Source: Planctopirus limnophila DSM 3776 (GTDB lineage Bacteria > Planctomycetota > Planctomycetia > Planctomycetales > Planctomycetaceae). From it: a stretch of DNA of 32,000 nt. The DNA lies in the NCBI RefSeq assembly GCF_000092105.1, contig NC_014148.1:150001-182000 (forward strand), given 5' to 3'. Both the position numbers and the translations under genes were made by a program. How positions within the stretch are numbered: the first letter of the stretch is position 1; each line of letters opens with the position of its first letter. Below, piece after piece: positions 1 to 8,854 of the stretch. The notes under the pieces are model-generated. The model did no database searches and was not told the DNA's origin. It saw only the letters and a program-made list of their open reading frames with translations.

Positions 1-270
1 CGTTCAGCGGGTTTTTGCCGATAAGCGGGAATACACCACTCTTACGAGATTTGCAACTCGACGTAAGGCATGAATTGCCAACAGCTTGTTGGCTTGGAGA
101 ACTTGGACGTTCCAGCCCGGGAATCGTTCATTTCTCGACGGGCCAAATTCCGAAAAGAGAAGCGAGTCTGATTTGTAGTCTCCGCGACGACTGGCCACGA
201 AGGCAAATCCCGTTGCGTATGGGCCTCAATTCAATTGTTGCTGTTGAATCCGTCCCACGGAGGGGATGAA

Positions 271-915
271 ATGCAATTCCTGAAATTGTCTGTCTTGATC
301 CTGCCTGCAGTCATCTGTCATTCGGCAATTGCCAATGATCCGATTTACCTGCCGGCCGAAGTGGTTGCACCCGCACCTCAGGCAGCATCCTTTGGTAACA
401 TGCCTGTGGTGACTGCACCAGCCGAACAGGTTCCACCTTCTCCACTGTATGCATACCCCACAGCTGCTGAATCGGAGTTCGCTCCGATTCCCAAAGCCCC
501 ATCGATCCATACACCGGTCATCTCTCGCCAGGTGACTCCACCTCCTGCTGCGACGACCACGATCCCACAGGGGGCAGTTGTTTCGGAAGCTCCACAAAGC
601 GGATATGTTCGCCTGGGTGCACCGCTCTATCCATCACCCTCACCACACGTGCCAGTCTGGACGGGTGGAAGCATGATTACCAATCAGGCCTTTGCACCTC
701 ACGAAATGCTGTATGCCCATAAGTACAAGGCTCTTTATCCACCTTACTATCACAAGGTGAAAGGCCACTGGTTACTAACCCCATTTGGTGTTAAATCGCA
801 CGAGCGATGGGAACTGCAGGGGACGATGGTCGAAGTGAATTATCACAGCCACTATCCACTGCTCCCGAAGTTTACAAAGCCACATACTTCGCAAAACCAT
901 GGCCCTTGGCGCTAA
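271..915 (+). CDS. secreted Pro/Tyr-rich hypothetical protein (first of a tandem trio)
   Basis: ATG at 271 is preceded by GGAGGGG (259-265). The N-terminus MQFLKLSVLILPAVICHSAIAN looks like a Sec signal peptide. The mature part is Pro/Ala/Tyr-rich with a His/Tyr-rich C-terminus (HEMLYAHKYKALYPPYYHKV). The ORF track starts at 235, but the internal ATG with an SD is preferred. Confidence 0.6.
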   Translation: MQFLKLSVLILPAVICHSAIANDPIYLPAEVVAPAPQAASFGNMPVVTAPAEQVPPSPLYAYPTAAESEFAPIPKAPSIHTPVISRQVTPPPAATTTIPQGAVVSEAPQSGYVRLGAPLYPSPSPHVPVWTGGSMITNQAFAPHEMLYAHKYKALYPPYYHKVKGHWLLTPFGVKSHERWELQGTMVEVNYHSHYPLLPKFTKPHTSQNHGPWR

Positions 916-1064
916 CCAACGACGGCATAAAAAGGTTGGCGGCCTGCCTGCGAACAGGCCACCGTTCGGCCTGAGAATGAATCCTGAATTCTGGCACTTA
1001 TTACAGCTCTCTGAACTTTGATCGCCTGGTTGATGCTCGACCAGTACACAGGAAGTGATTTGTC

Positions 1065-1781
1065 ATGAATGCATTCACACACCCGACAACAAGGTTGGTT
1101 TTCGCACTTGCTTTGTGCGGTGCCTGTGAGTGGCCCATGGCCCAGGCTGCCGAACCTGCACCAATGCCAACCGATACAGCACCGGCTGTAACGGCGCCAG
1201 CGGCAGTATCCAGCCAATCTGCCGGTGTCGTTCGAATTCGCAAAGAGCGAACTCAGGCCTTGCAGTCACAAGCTCCCGTCAGCGGGCCGGTGGCTCCTGT
1301 CGGTTTCCGTGATGCGATCTCGGAAGGGTTTGAATCCTTTCAGACACCAGCCCGCCCTGTGACGATGACACAGGCTTATGCTCAGCCTTACTCCTCTCAG
1401 GGCTATGCGGCACAGCCCGTCGCTATGCATGGTCAGGCTCACAGCTATCCTGTCGAAACAGTCTATACCGATTGCCCGAACGGCGAATGTGATCGTCACG
1501 GGTACTGCAAAGAACGATTTCACGAGTGGCTCAAATACAAGTTTGGCTACTTCATTCCGACCGGCAATGGTGGGACAGGGACTCCACTGTTTGGCAAATA
1601 TCATCGTGTCTACCCACAGGATCCTGGCTACTTTGATCAGCGGGATGGCCAGCTTTATTCCGCTCAAGGCTACGGAGTGCCAGTTTCTGTCCCTCTGGCG
1701 CCAGTTGTGGGTCACCAGTACAACTACGGTTGGGGAATTCCTTCCAGCCGCTTAACACCGATTTCTCATCCTGCGAACTGA
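1065..1781 (+). CDS. secreted Pro/Tyr/Gly-rich hypothetical protein (second of the trio)
   Basis: 238-aa ORF with a signal-like N-terminus (RLVFALALCGACEWPMAQA|AEP). It has a Cys cluster CPNGECDRHGYC and a C-terminal motif YNYGWGIPSSRLT, which I remember from planctomycete hypothetical proteins. Confidence 0.6.
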   Translation: MNAFTHPTTRLVFALALCGACEWPMAQAAEPAPMPTDTAPAVTAPAAVSSQSAGVVRIRKERTQALQSQAPVSGPVAPVGFRDAISEGFESFQTPARPVTMTQAYAQPYSSQGYAAQPVAMHGQAHSYPVETVYTDCPNGECDRHGYCKERFHEWLKYKFGYFIPTGNGGTGTPLFGKYHRVYPQDPGYFDQRDGQLYSAQGYGVPVSVPLAPVVGHQYNYGWGIPSSRLTPISHPAN

Positions 1782-1906
1782 TGTGAGAAGGTGGCGGCAC
1801 GGTGACCACAGGATGGTTACCGGGTCGTGTCCGTGAGTCTGTAATAAGTCGATTTTCACAAGGAACAACAGCGCCTTAATCCGGCCTGCGTAAAGAGGAT
1901 TCTCTT

Positions 1907-2692
1907 ATGACTTCCCAGGATACTCGATGGCTGGCACTCGCGGCCGTTTCGGCTGCAACGAGCTTGTGCGGTGGTCTTGTTGAACCCACCATCGCCAGTG
2001 CTCAGGAAGTTGGCCTTGTGCGAATTTCTGACCGTTCACCTTCCAGCGTGCAGACCACACCTGTGGGGCACAAGCACTATGCTCACGGTCCGGTCATGAC
2101 GACCACCATTCCTGCTGATGGTTCTGGTCAGTACTGCGATAATTGCGACCGCCGCGGCGGACACGGTGGCAATGCCTGGCGGATGCATCTGCCACCAGAT
2201 CATGGCTACTCTGTTCCTGCGAAGTTCCCACTTCAGCGTCGTGGTGTCGAGTACGAAAACTATTTCCCGCCACAGTGGTATGGTGCTGGCCTGACTTACC
2301 AACAGAACTACCCTATGGTCTACATGCCGACTGATACCACACAGCTTGGCTTCTACTACCAGCATGTGCCGTTCTGGCGGCCCAATCCCAATATGCTGCC
2401 ACCACGTCCAGTACCGTCACAGTGGCATATCCACGCTCCTGTGGTTTATGCGACGGATTTCCATCGCATGCATGCCGGTGCTGGCAGCCAGGGTTGGCAG
2501 GAAGTGCAAGTTCTCGATTCCACCACAGCCCCGGCGACCAATGGTGCCCAGCCCACACCTATCGATGGAAACGGCCTGCAGCCAGTTCCAGCACCCATGG
2601 TGCCACAAGTTCCTGGATCAGAAGTCCCACCCGCACCCATGCTCGATTCGGCTGCCAGTGGACACATCAAACGGGCAGCAGCTCAGCAGTAA
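1907..2692 (+). CDS. secreted Pro/Tyr-rich hypothetical protein (third of the trio)
   Basis: 261-aa ORF. AGAGGA lies 7 nt upstream of the ATG. Signal-like N-terminus WLALAAVSAATSLCGGLVEPTIASA|QE. It has a YCDNCDRRGGHGG cluster and an aromatic/Pro-rich core. A hairpin terminator follows. Confidence 0.6.
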   Translation: MTSQDTRWLALAAVSAATSLCGGLVEPTIASAQEVGLVRISDRSPSSVQTTPVGHKHYAHGPVMTTTIPADGSGQYCDNCDRRGGHGGNAWRMHLPPDHGYSVPAKFPLQRRGVEYENYFPPQWYGAGLTYQQNYPMVYMPTDTTQLGFYYQHVPFWRPNPNMLPPRPVPSQWHIHAPVVYATDFHRMHAGAGSQGWQEVQVLDSTTAPATNGAQPTPIDGNGLQPVPAPMVPQVPGSEVPPAPMLDSAASGHIKRAAAQQ

Positions 2693-2729
2693 ACTGCCTC
2701 AAAGTTCGATGAACAGTCTTAATAGACTC

Positions 2730-2765
2730 AGCCTTGGTGAAATCTTCACCAAGGCTGTTTTCGTT
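2730..2765 (+). terminator. intrinsic terminator after the secreted-protein trio
   Basis: Perfect 11-bp stem AGCCTTGGTGA / TCACCAAGGCT (2730-2740 / 2746-2756) with loop AATCT, followed by GTTTTCGTT. Confidence 0.6.
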
Positions 2766-3190
2766 ACTATGTCGAGCGTTGGAGCAGTAAATCATTTATG
2801 GCCACACACATCTGGCTTCGTGCCATGCTTGTAGCTTTGGGCTGTCCATGACACACATCTTTATCACCCAACCATGGGTGGCATGACCCTAGAGGCCCCA
2901 TAAAATAAAACACAGCGCTCAAGGGGATGGCTCTTGACCGGGTGGCAGGGGTCGGATGTCTGCATCCGCCCCCTGGTAATCAACGTTCGCAAGCACGATT
3001 TCACCTGTTACGTTCCTTCCCATGACCTGGGGGCAAACGAGGACGTTTGACCCCAGCCACGCATCCCATGAGCACTCCAGCGAAGATGCGTGTAATAGAC
3101 AGCCCAAAGCTGCAAGCATGGCACACAGCCCTTCGTGGTTTGTCTGCATTTCTTCTGCTCAACTCCCAACAAACAACTCCCAACAAACGA

Positions 3191-3227
3191 TGAACCGGGA
3201 TCAGACTCATCGTCTAACCCCGGTTCA
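3191..3227 (-). terminator. candidate terminator hairpin downstream of the oxidoreductase gene
   Basis: 9-bp stem TGAACCGGG / CCCGGTTCA (3191-3199 / 3219-3227), about 75 nt past the stop at 3301. On the minus strand it is followed by a T/G-rich tract that contains the tandem 14-mer AACTCCCAACAAAC x2 (3161-3188 on the plus strand). Confidence 0.35.
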
Positions 3228-3300
3228 CAATTCATGCACAAGCCAAGCTGTCATGACAGGCTGTTAGAAAAGCTGCACAGCCCACCAGTCACATTTCGGC

Positions 3301-4728
3301 TTAATACTCGCGAGTTGTCTTCAGACCTGGCATCGGAACTGGATACTTGCCTTCGGCGTCGGCCACTACGGGAGCTGGGCCATCTTCTGTGAGAGAGTCG
3401 ACGTTCGGTGCGAATTCGTGATCACAGTTGAGCATGGCATCGTAGGTGATGACCTGCCCGGTGTGAGCTGCCATACGCCCCATCGAGGTCACCAGACTGG
3501 CTTCCGCACCACGTCGAACCTCATTGTAAGGTCGATCTTTACGAATGGCTTCCACCAGATGATCCCATTCGAGCTGGTAAGGGCTCGGCTCTTTCGCCCC
3601 GAATTGCCAGAGAATGTTATCCTTGCTGGACATATCCTGGCTCTTGTATGTGCGGGCACGCGAAGGAGCATGGCCTGATTGCGAAATCACAGCAGAACCC
3701 TTCGAGCCATGGGCATAGCTGGCGAACTCCTGATGGCAGCCGGGCATAGTGCGGCCTTCCATCAACAGTTTCGTGCCATCAGCAAAGGTGTACTCCACGG
3801 CATACTGATCGAAGTTCTGATCGACATAATCGCCGCGGAAGTGACGTCCACCCGTTGCCTGGGCTTTCACTGGCCAGGCATTCTTCATCCAGCAGCACTC
3901 GTCAATGTTGTGAATGAGGAAGTCGCTGAAGCCGCCCCCAGAGGCCCAGAGGAAGGCATGGAAATTCTGGATCTGGTACATCAGTTCCTTCTGATTTTCC
4001 GGCTTCTTTTTCGCAAAGGCAGTCGCGGTAGGACCGGCCATACGATAAGCCCGCAGCAGCAGCAGGTCACCAATCTCACCATCCTGAATCCGCTTGAACA
4101 GCTCGCCGCGGGCATCGCAGTGCCGGCACATCAGGCCGACACCAACCTTGAGATTCTTCTTTTCGGATTCATCGGCCAGTTGCAGCATACGCTTCGTGGA
4201 AGGGCCATCCACGGTCACGGGCTTTTCCATGAACGTGTTCACGTCCTTGGCAATTGCGTAGGTGAACTGTACCCAGCGAAAGGCGGGAGGCGTGGCCATA
4301 ATCACGACATCGCCGGGCGAGAGGCAATCGATGGCCTGCTTGTAAGCCTCAAAGCCCACGAATCTTCGATCTTCCGGCACATCGACCTGATCTTTGAACT
4401 GACCTTTGAGTCCCTCGTAACTGCTGTTCAGTCGATTGGGGAAGACATCGGCCATTGCGACGAGCTTGATAGGCCCTTGATTCTTCACTGAAAGAGCATT
4501 GGCTGCCGCACCGGTTCCACGTCCACCGCAGCCCACCAGCGCCACCTTGATCGTATTGTCTTCACCAGCATAAACCGTCTGCGGGATCGCCATGCTCGCA
4601 ATCATCGATGTCGTCGCCAATGCTCCCGTGGCTCTCAGGACATCGCGGCGACTGACCACTGAATTCGAACGGGGCGGTTGTGATGTGCCGGAAGCATGAT
4701 TAGCGGATGGTGAATTCGCAGGATTCAT
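3301..4728 (-). CDS. Tat-signal Gfo/Idh/MocA-family oxidoreductase
   Basis: 475-aa ORF with the twin-arginine motif SRRDVLRATGALATTSM and the Rossmann motif KVALVGCGGRGTGAA. Length and layout are typical of periplasmic Gfo/Idh/MocA dehydrogenases, which are abundant in Planctomycetota. Confidence 0.85.
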   Translation of the reverse strand: MNPANSPSANHASGTSQPPRSNSVVSRRDVLRATGALATTSMIASMAIPQTVYAGEDNTIKVALVGCGGRGTGAAANALSVKNQGPIKLVAMADVFPNRLNSSYEGLKGQFKDQVDVPEDRRFVGFEAYKQAIDCLSPGDVVIMATPPAFRWVQFTYAIAKDVNTFMEKPVTVDGPSTKRMLQLADESEKKNLKVGVGLMCRHCDARGELFKRIQDGEIGDLLLLRAYRMAGPTATAFAKKKPENQKELMYQIQNFHAFLWASGGGFSDFLIHNIDECCWMKNAWPVKAQATGGRHFRGDYVDQNFDQYAVEYTFADGTKLLMEGRTMPGCHQEFASYAHGSKGSAVISQSGHAPSRARTYKSQDMSSKDNILWQFGAKEPSPYQLEWDHLVEAIRKDRPYNEVRRGAEASLVTSMGRMAAHTGQVITYDAMLNCDHEFAPNVDSLTEDGPAPVVADAEGKYPVPMPGLKTTREY

Positions 4729-4833
4729 CAGGAGGGATCCTAAAAACAGGAACTGAGAACGGGCTGGATGTCATTAAGCTGAGATACTTGAGCAGGTGAC
4801 CCTGTAACTAGGCTAACCTCCTCCAGGTTCGTA

Positions 4834-5712
4834 TCACAAGTCATTGATACGAGAATTCCGGCCCTCGCGTGGGATTTGCGATGGCTCTGCGTCGTCTTCT
4901 TCATAGCCAGGGTCTGTTTCGTGTTCTCTGTCAGCAGACTGCCGCTCGAATTCCCGGATGAGCAATGTCTGTTCGGCTGGTGAGAGCAGCGGGAGTTGAC
5001 CAGATTCGACGGGCTTGAGTGCCTGGGCGAGTTTCCAGCAAAATTGTGCCAGAACAAACACAATTACGTATTGCGCGACCCAGAATCCCCAGATCACAGT
5101 GGGAACCGCTGCTGGAGGAATCATTTGTGGAAAAAACCGGACAGCCAGCATCGCAATCACGAGGATATTGATGATCTTGGCCATTTTCGCGTAGGCCTCC
5201 AACAGTGATTGATCCATTCGGTAGACAGCCACTTTCTGCAGGGCGGCTGTCACGCCCAGCCAGAGCAACATGGCCAGAACCTGCACGACCAGCCACCGTT
5301 GGCCGGGATCTGGCATGAGCATCAGGATCACACTCAATAGAGGTAACAGGATCGAGGCAAAACGACCGGCCATCTCGAGTTGACTGAGCCGTTCGCGCGT
5401 CAGTTGCCACGTGACCCAGGCGAGTGGAATGGTGAGCGCAAACAGCACCCAGTTGCAGGCCAATCCCTGAGCACGCAACCGTCGAAATTCCTCCATCACT
5501 TTTTCCAGACGATCATTGAGCGCCTTCAGCTCAGGAAGATTTTTCGCCTCACTGGCCACTTTCCATTCTCGTTCAATATCGACGATCACTACCGCCAATT
5601 GACGAGCTTCTCTCTGCAGGTACTGCGAGAAATCGAGTCCCACTAGAAGTGCCAGAAACAGCAGGGGCAACAGCAGGATCGAGATTCGCCAGTATTTCCA
5701 ATAAGGCTGCAT
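4834..5712 (-). CDS. hypothetical polytopic membrane protein
   Basis: 292-aa ORF. It has an N-terminal TM (ISILLLPLLFLALLVGL), a charged helical segment, then about five further hydrophobic helices and an acidic C-terminal tail. I recognise no family. Confidence 0.55.
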   Translation of the reverse strand: MQPYWKYWRISILLLPLLFLALLVGLDFSQYLQREARQLAVVIVDIEREWKVASEAKNLPELKALNDRLEKVMEEFRRLRAQGLACNWVLFALTIPLAWVTWQLTRERLSQLEMAGRFASILLPLLSVILMLMPDPGQRWLVVQVLAMLLWLGVTAALQKVAVYRMDQSLLEAYAKMAKIINILVIAMLAVRFFPQMIPPAAVPTVIWGFWVAQYVIVFVLAQFCWKLAQALKPVESGQLPLLSPAEQTLLIREFERQSADREHETDPGYEEDDAEPSQIPREGRNSRINDL

Positions 5713-5867
5713 ACGAGGTGGCCTTCAGTGCGGCAAGCAATAGAACATGTGAGTTTGTGAGATGACTCTCGAAAGAGATCCATCCGAAAGGATCCCATAA
5801 CTCACGGCAAAACTCCACCACCTGACAAGCCTTGATAGCGGCGTAGGTCTTGAGATTGGCGATGTGC

Positions 5868-5909
5868 ATAAAACAAAACAGGCAATCCGATCATGGCCGG
5901 ATTGCCTGT
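5868..5909 (-). terminator. intrinsic terminator (minus strand, possibly bidirectional)
   Basis: 12-bp perfect stem ACAGGCAATCCG / CGGATTGCCTGT (5878-5889 / 5898-5909) with an 8-nt loop. On the minus strand it is followed by TTTGTTTTAT. On the plus strand it is followed by a weaker T-rich tract (TGTATGTTTGGTT). Confidence 0.55.
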
Positions 5910-6412
5910 TGTATGTTTGGTTCGACGTGGCTTTAAGAGCTGGGGACAGGAGAGCTTTAATCAGCAGGCCTATCCAGGACGACTCGTCATGTTGGAGAGT
6001 TGTGTGTCCTCTCGAGCCGGAAGTCTTTCGCGAGAGGAGCCCCTGAGGAGAGCCGTAGCTCTCCCCAGGTTTGGCCTCACGTTCCCGGATCCGCCGGGCT
6101 TCAAGCTGGATTCATTCTAACCAGGCTTTTGGACGACAACAGACTCTGAAGTGAGTGTCTGTTTCCATCTCGATCAGCAACCAAATCTTTCGTTGCCCCT
6201 GACATCGCTTAGACCTGATTCCATCAATTGCCTGGCATGTGCATTTGATGGAGTTGTCTCGTACTCAGTTAACAACAGCCAGAGTCGGCTATGTCGATTT
6301 TTGATCGGGTGTGACCAGTATGTTCGACTTATCATGTGATCAGGCGGAAACCAGTTGCGGCTGAAATCCGCCCAATCGACACGTTTTGTTTCACGAACCA
6401 GTCGTTTTCAAC

Positions 6413-7003
6413 TTAGTGGCAAGGTGTGGCCATAGGAGCGGCACATGTTGGAGCACAAGCGGCTGGAGCAGCACATGTGGGAGCACAGGCAGCTGGAGCA
6501 GCGCAGCTTGGGGCCACTGAGCAGCAAGAGGTCTTGCGGCTGCAGGCCTTACGGAGCTTGCACTTCATGGCAGCAAACTTTTCCTTGAGGTGGCAGCGCT
6601 TCTTGGCGCAAGGATCGCAAGCTGGAGCACATGTTGGTGCACAGGTGGCTGGAGCACAGGCAACAGGAGCAGCACAGCTAGGAGCACAAGCGGCAGGAGC
6701 TGGTGCACAGGCAGCAGGAGCTGCACATGTAGGAGCACAAGCGGCTGGAGCTGGAGCACAAGCAACAGGAGCAGCGCAAGTAGGAGCACAGGCTGCAGGA
6801 GCAGGTGCACAGGCAACAGGAGCAGCGCAGCTCGGGGCACAAGCCGCAGGAGCGGCACACGATGGGGCACATGCAGCAGGTGCAGCGCAGGTAGGCTCAG
6901 GAGCGCAACCGCAGTCGCTCTTCTTGAGCCAGTGGAAACCGGCGTCAGCCGAGTTCAAACCGGCGATACACAGCAGCACAGCGGAAATCCATGCAAACTT
7001 CAT
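6413..7003 (-). CDS. secreted hyper-cysteine Cys/Ala/Pro repeat protein (CAAPxACAPx repeats)
   Basis: ATG at 7003 is preceded by AGGAGA with about 7 nt spacing. Sec-type signal [21 protein letters not shown]. The mature part, about 175 aa, is almost entirely C/A/P repeats: [10 protein letters not shown] and [17 protein letters not shown] units. A basic non-repeat linker ([30 protein letters not shown]) interrupts the repeats. The ORF track extends to 7117, but the upstream extension lacks signal or SD support. Confidence 0.7.
   Translation of the reverse strand: MKFAWISAVLLCIAGLNSADAGFHWLKKSDCGCAPEPTCAAPAACAPSCAAPAACAPSCAAPVACAPAPAACAPTCAAPVACAPAPAACAPTCAAPAACAPAPAACAPSCAAPVACAPATCAPTCAPACDPCAKKRCHLKEKFAAMKCKLRKACSRKTSCCSVAPSCAAPAACAPTCAAPAACAPTCAAPMATPCH
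6416..6900. repeat. degenerate coding tandem repeats (30-nt and 51-nt periods)
   Basis: For example, the 30-nt units 6441-6470 and 6471-6500 differ at 3 positions. The central array (about 6625-6900) repeats with 30/51-nt periods and encodes the CAAPxACAPx units. Copies diverge mostly at positions that keep the peptide motif. Confidence 0.8.
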
Positions 7004-7476
7004 CTCAATCTCTCCTAAACAAATCCAAGGGAACGTGAGGAACCAGGAGCGAAACAGGACACCTTGTCCCGCCATCTGAACCCCTGGCCCAACCCTGCGT
7101 GTCACAACGGACATCACACCCTACTTTTCGGACTGAAGAGACCTGGAGGTCTACGAAGTTTGCCCAAAATCTGCATGACTCACACTGCTGGCGAGAATGT
7201 GAAGAATGCACCGAATTTGCGGGCGGATTTCAGGCTGCTTTTGCATTTCACCCTTCGGGTAAGTTTTTCCACTCAAGTTGGCTCCGCCAGAACTTTTTGG
7301 CCCTTGCTCTACGATGCTCAATATTGTGGGCTGGTACTGACTCAATGAGTTCAATTGCCTGCGAATGATTGCCGTAAGTCGTATCTAATGAATCCGATAC
7401 GCATTTTGGTTCCACTCCACATCGGAAAACCAGTCAATGCCTGATACGATGCTCGTCATCAAACAGAGGCCTCACC

Positions 7477-8766
7477 ATGCACGACATCACTCACGACCAC
7501 GCCAGCCAGCATCGCATTCTTGCCTTGAGCCGCATGCTGGAACTGGTACTCAAGCTCAATGATGTCAACGACCTCGCTGCCGTCCTGAACGCGATTACCC
7601 ATGGTGCCTGCCAGGCCGTGGAATGTGATCGAGCCAGTCTTTTTCTCTACGATTCTCAAGCGGACGAACTCTACTCTCACTCGACGACCGAATTGGAAAT
7701 CCGCGAGATTCGCCTTCCCATTGATAGCGGCATCATTGGACACGTTGCCCGGGAGCGCGTGCCGCTGGTTGTCGCACAACCTCATGACGATTCGCGATGG
7801 TCACCCGTGTTTGACCAGCAGACGGGCTATCGAACTCGAAACATTCTGGCTGTGCCCGTGGTCTCCAAATCGGAGAATCGACTTCTCGGTGTTCTCCAAC
7901 TGCTCAACAAGCATGCAGACTGTTTCGAAGACTTCGATGTTCAATTGATGCAGGCCTTTGCCGTGCATGCGGGAGCCGCCATCGAAAGGCAGTGGCTGCA
8001 ATCGGCTGCCAGGCAAGCGGAGGATTACCGCCGCTCGATGGAAATGGCCCGACAGATTCAAATGGGGTTTTTGCCGAAAGAACGCCCACGCTTCCCGCAA
8101 TACGAAGTGACTGCCTGGTGGGAACCTGCCGAGTATGTGAGTGGTGACTATTACGACTGGCTCGTGGCTCCCGATGGTCGCCTGGGCATCGCTGTAGGGG
8201 ATGTCAGCGGTCATGGCATGGCTGCCAGTCTGATCATGGCGTCGGTGCGGGCCATGATTCATGCGCTGGGAAGATTGGCAACCACACCAGCCGATATGAT
8301 GGAACTTTTGCAGGATGTCGTGCAGGCCGATCTCGTCGATGGTCGATTTCTGACACTTTTACTTCTGACCATCGATCCCGTGACTCATTGCGTAGAATTT
8401 GCCAATGCGGGTCATGCACCTGCGATCTACTATCAATCGTCGAAACGCTCCTGCAGACGACTCGAAGCCACTCGCACGCCACTGGGATTTCCCGTCAATC
8501 AATCCTTGCGATTGCCCATCTATCCCGTCATGCAGCCTGGCGATCTTCTCATTCTCGGTACGGATGGACTCATTGAAGTTCATGACGAGAAAGGCAAGAT
8601 TTTTGGCATGCAACGCCTCGAAGAACTCATAGCAAAACATGCACATGAGTCCGTTGAAACGTTATCTCAGATTCTGAAACGTGAAGTTTTCGATTTCTCC
8701 ACAGAACATCCCTTTCCAGACGACATGACGTTGCTCATCATTAAGCGCGTCGACGAAGCCGCCTGA
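7477..8766 (+). CDS. GAF domain-containing PP2C/SpoIIE-family protein phosphatase (RsbU-like)
   Basis: 429-aa ORF. N-terminal GAF-like region (ITHGACQAVECDRASLFLYD ... LLGVLQLLNK). C-terminal PP2C/SpoIIE motifs GDYYDW, VGDVSGHGMAASL, LGTDGL and DDMTLLII. Confidence 0.85.
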   Translation: MHDITHDHASQHRILALSRMLELVLKLNDVNDLAAVLNAITHGACQAVECDRASLFLYDSQADELYSHSTTELEIREIRLPIDSGIIGHVARERVPLVVAQPHDDSRWSPVFDQQTGYRTRNILAVPVVSKSENRLLGVLQLLNKHADCFEDFDVQLMQAFAVHAGAAIERQWLQSAARQAEDYRRSMEMARQIQMGFLPKERPRFPQYEVTAWWEPAEYVSGDYYDWLVAPDGRLGIAVGDVSGHGMAASLIMASVRAMIHALGRLATTPADMMELLQDVVQADLVDGRFLTLLLLTIDPVTHCVEFANAGHAPAIYYQSSKRSCRRLEATRTPLGFPVNQSLRLPIYPVMQPGDLLILGTDGLIEVHDEKGKIFGMQRLEELIAKHAHESVETLSQILKREVFDFSTEHPFPDDMTLLIIKRVDEAA

Positions 8767-8854
8767 ATTTCTGGTGGCACTTCGCACGATCCCGCAGCCA
8801 TTGAAAAACAGCCTTGTCTGCGCTGCTCGATCAGATTCCTCTCTAAAGCAATAG

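Noticed and set aside
4-269. Short ORFs at the left edge (64 aa on the minus strand, 84 aa on the plus strand)
   Set aside because: They have no motifs, SD or signal. The region is more plausibly the promoter or 5' UTR of the first secreted-protein gene.
3679-4491. 270-aa plus-strand ORF antisense to the Gfo/Idh/MocA gene
   Set aside because: It has no recognisable motifs and lies opposite a confidently assigned CDS, so it is a typical shadow ORF.
5812-5930. tmRNA- or tRNA-like strings (CTCCACCA at about 5815-5822 and GGTTCGACG at about 5919-5927)
   Set aside because: The order is wrong for a tmRNA because the CCA-like end precedes the TTCGA string. No T-arm stem flanks the TTCGA, and there is no acceptor pairing, so the matches look coincidental.
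6416-6900. Tandem repeats considered as a possible CRISPR array
   Set aside because: The repeats are contiguous with no unique spacers, are degenerate, and lie in frame within a CDS. No cas genes are nearby.
6965-7003. Possible lipoprotein lipobox (LLC) in the Cys-repeat protein signal peptide
   Set aside because: The residue before the Cys is Leu, not Gly, Ala or Ser, so it does not fit the L-[AS]-[GA]-C lipobox. A signal peptidase I site after ADA fits better.
6426-7079. 217-aa plus-strand ORF ([14 protein letters not shown] repeats) that mirrors the Cys-repeat gene
   Set aside because: It is a by-product of the GCN-rich periodic repeat, which keeps both strands open. It lacks an SD and any signal or recognisable N-terminus. 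The minus-strand frame has AGGAGA plus a canonical signal peptide.
7004-7117. N-terminal 38-codon extension of the Cys-repeat ORF ([12 protein letters not shown]...)
   Set aside because: The internal ATG at 7003 has a well-spaced AGGAGA and immediately yields a textbook signal peptide. The extension would bury that signal.
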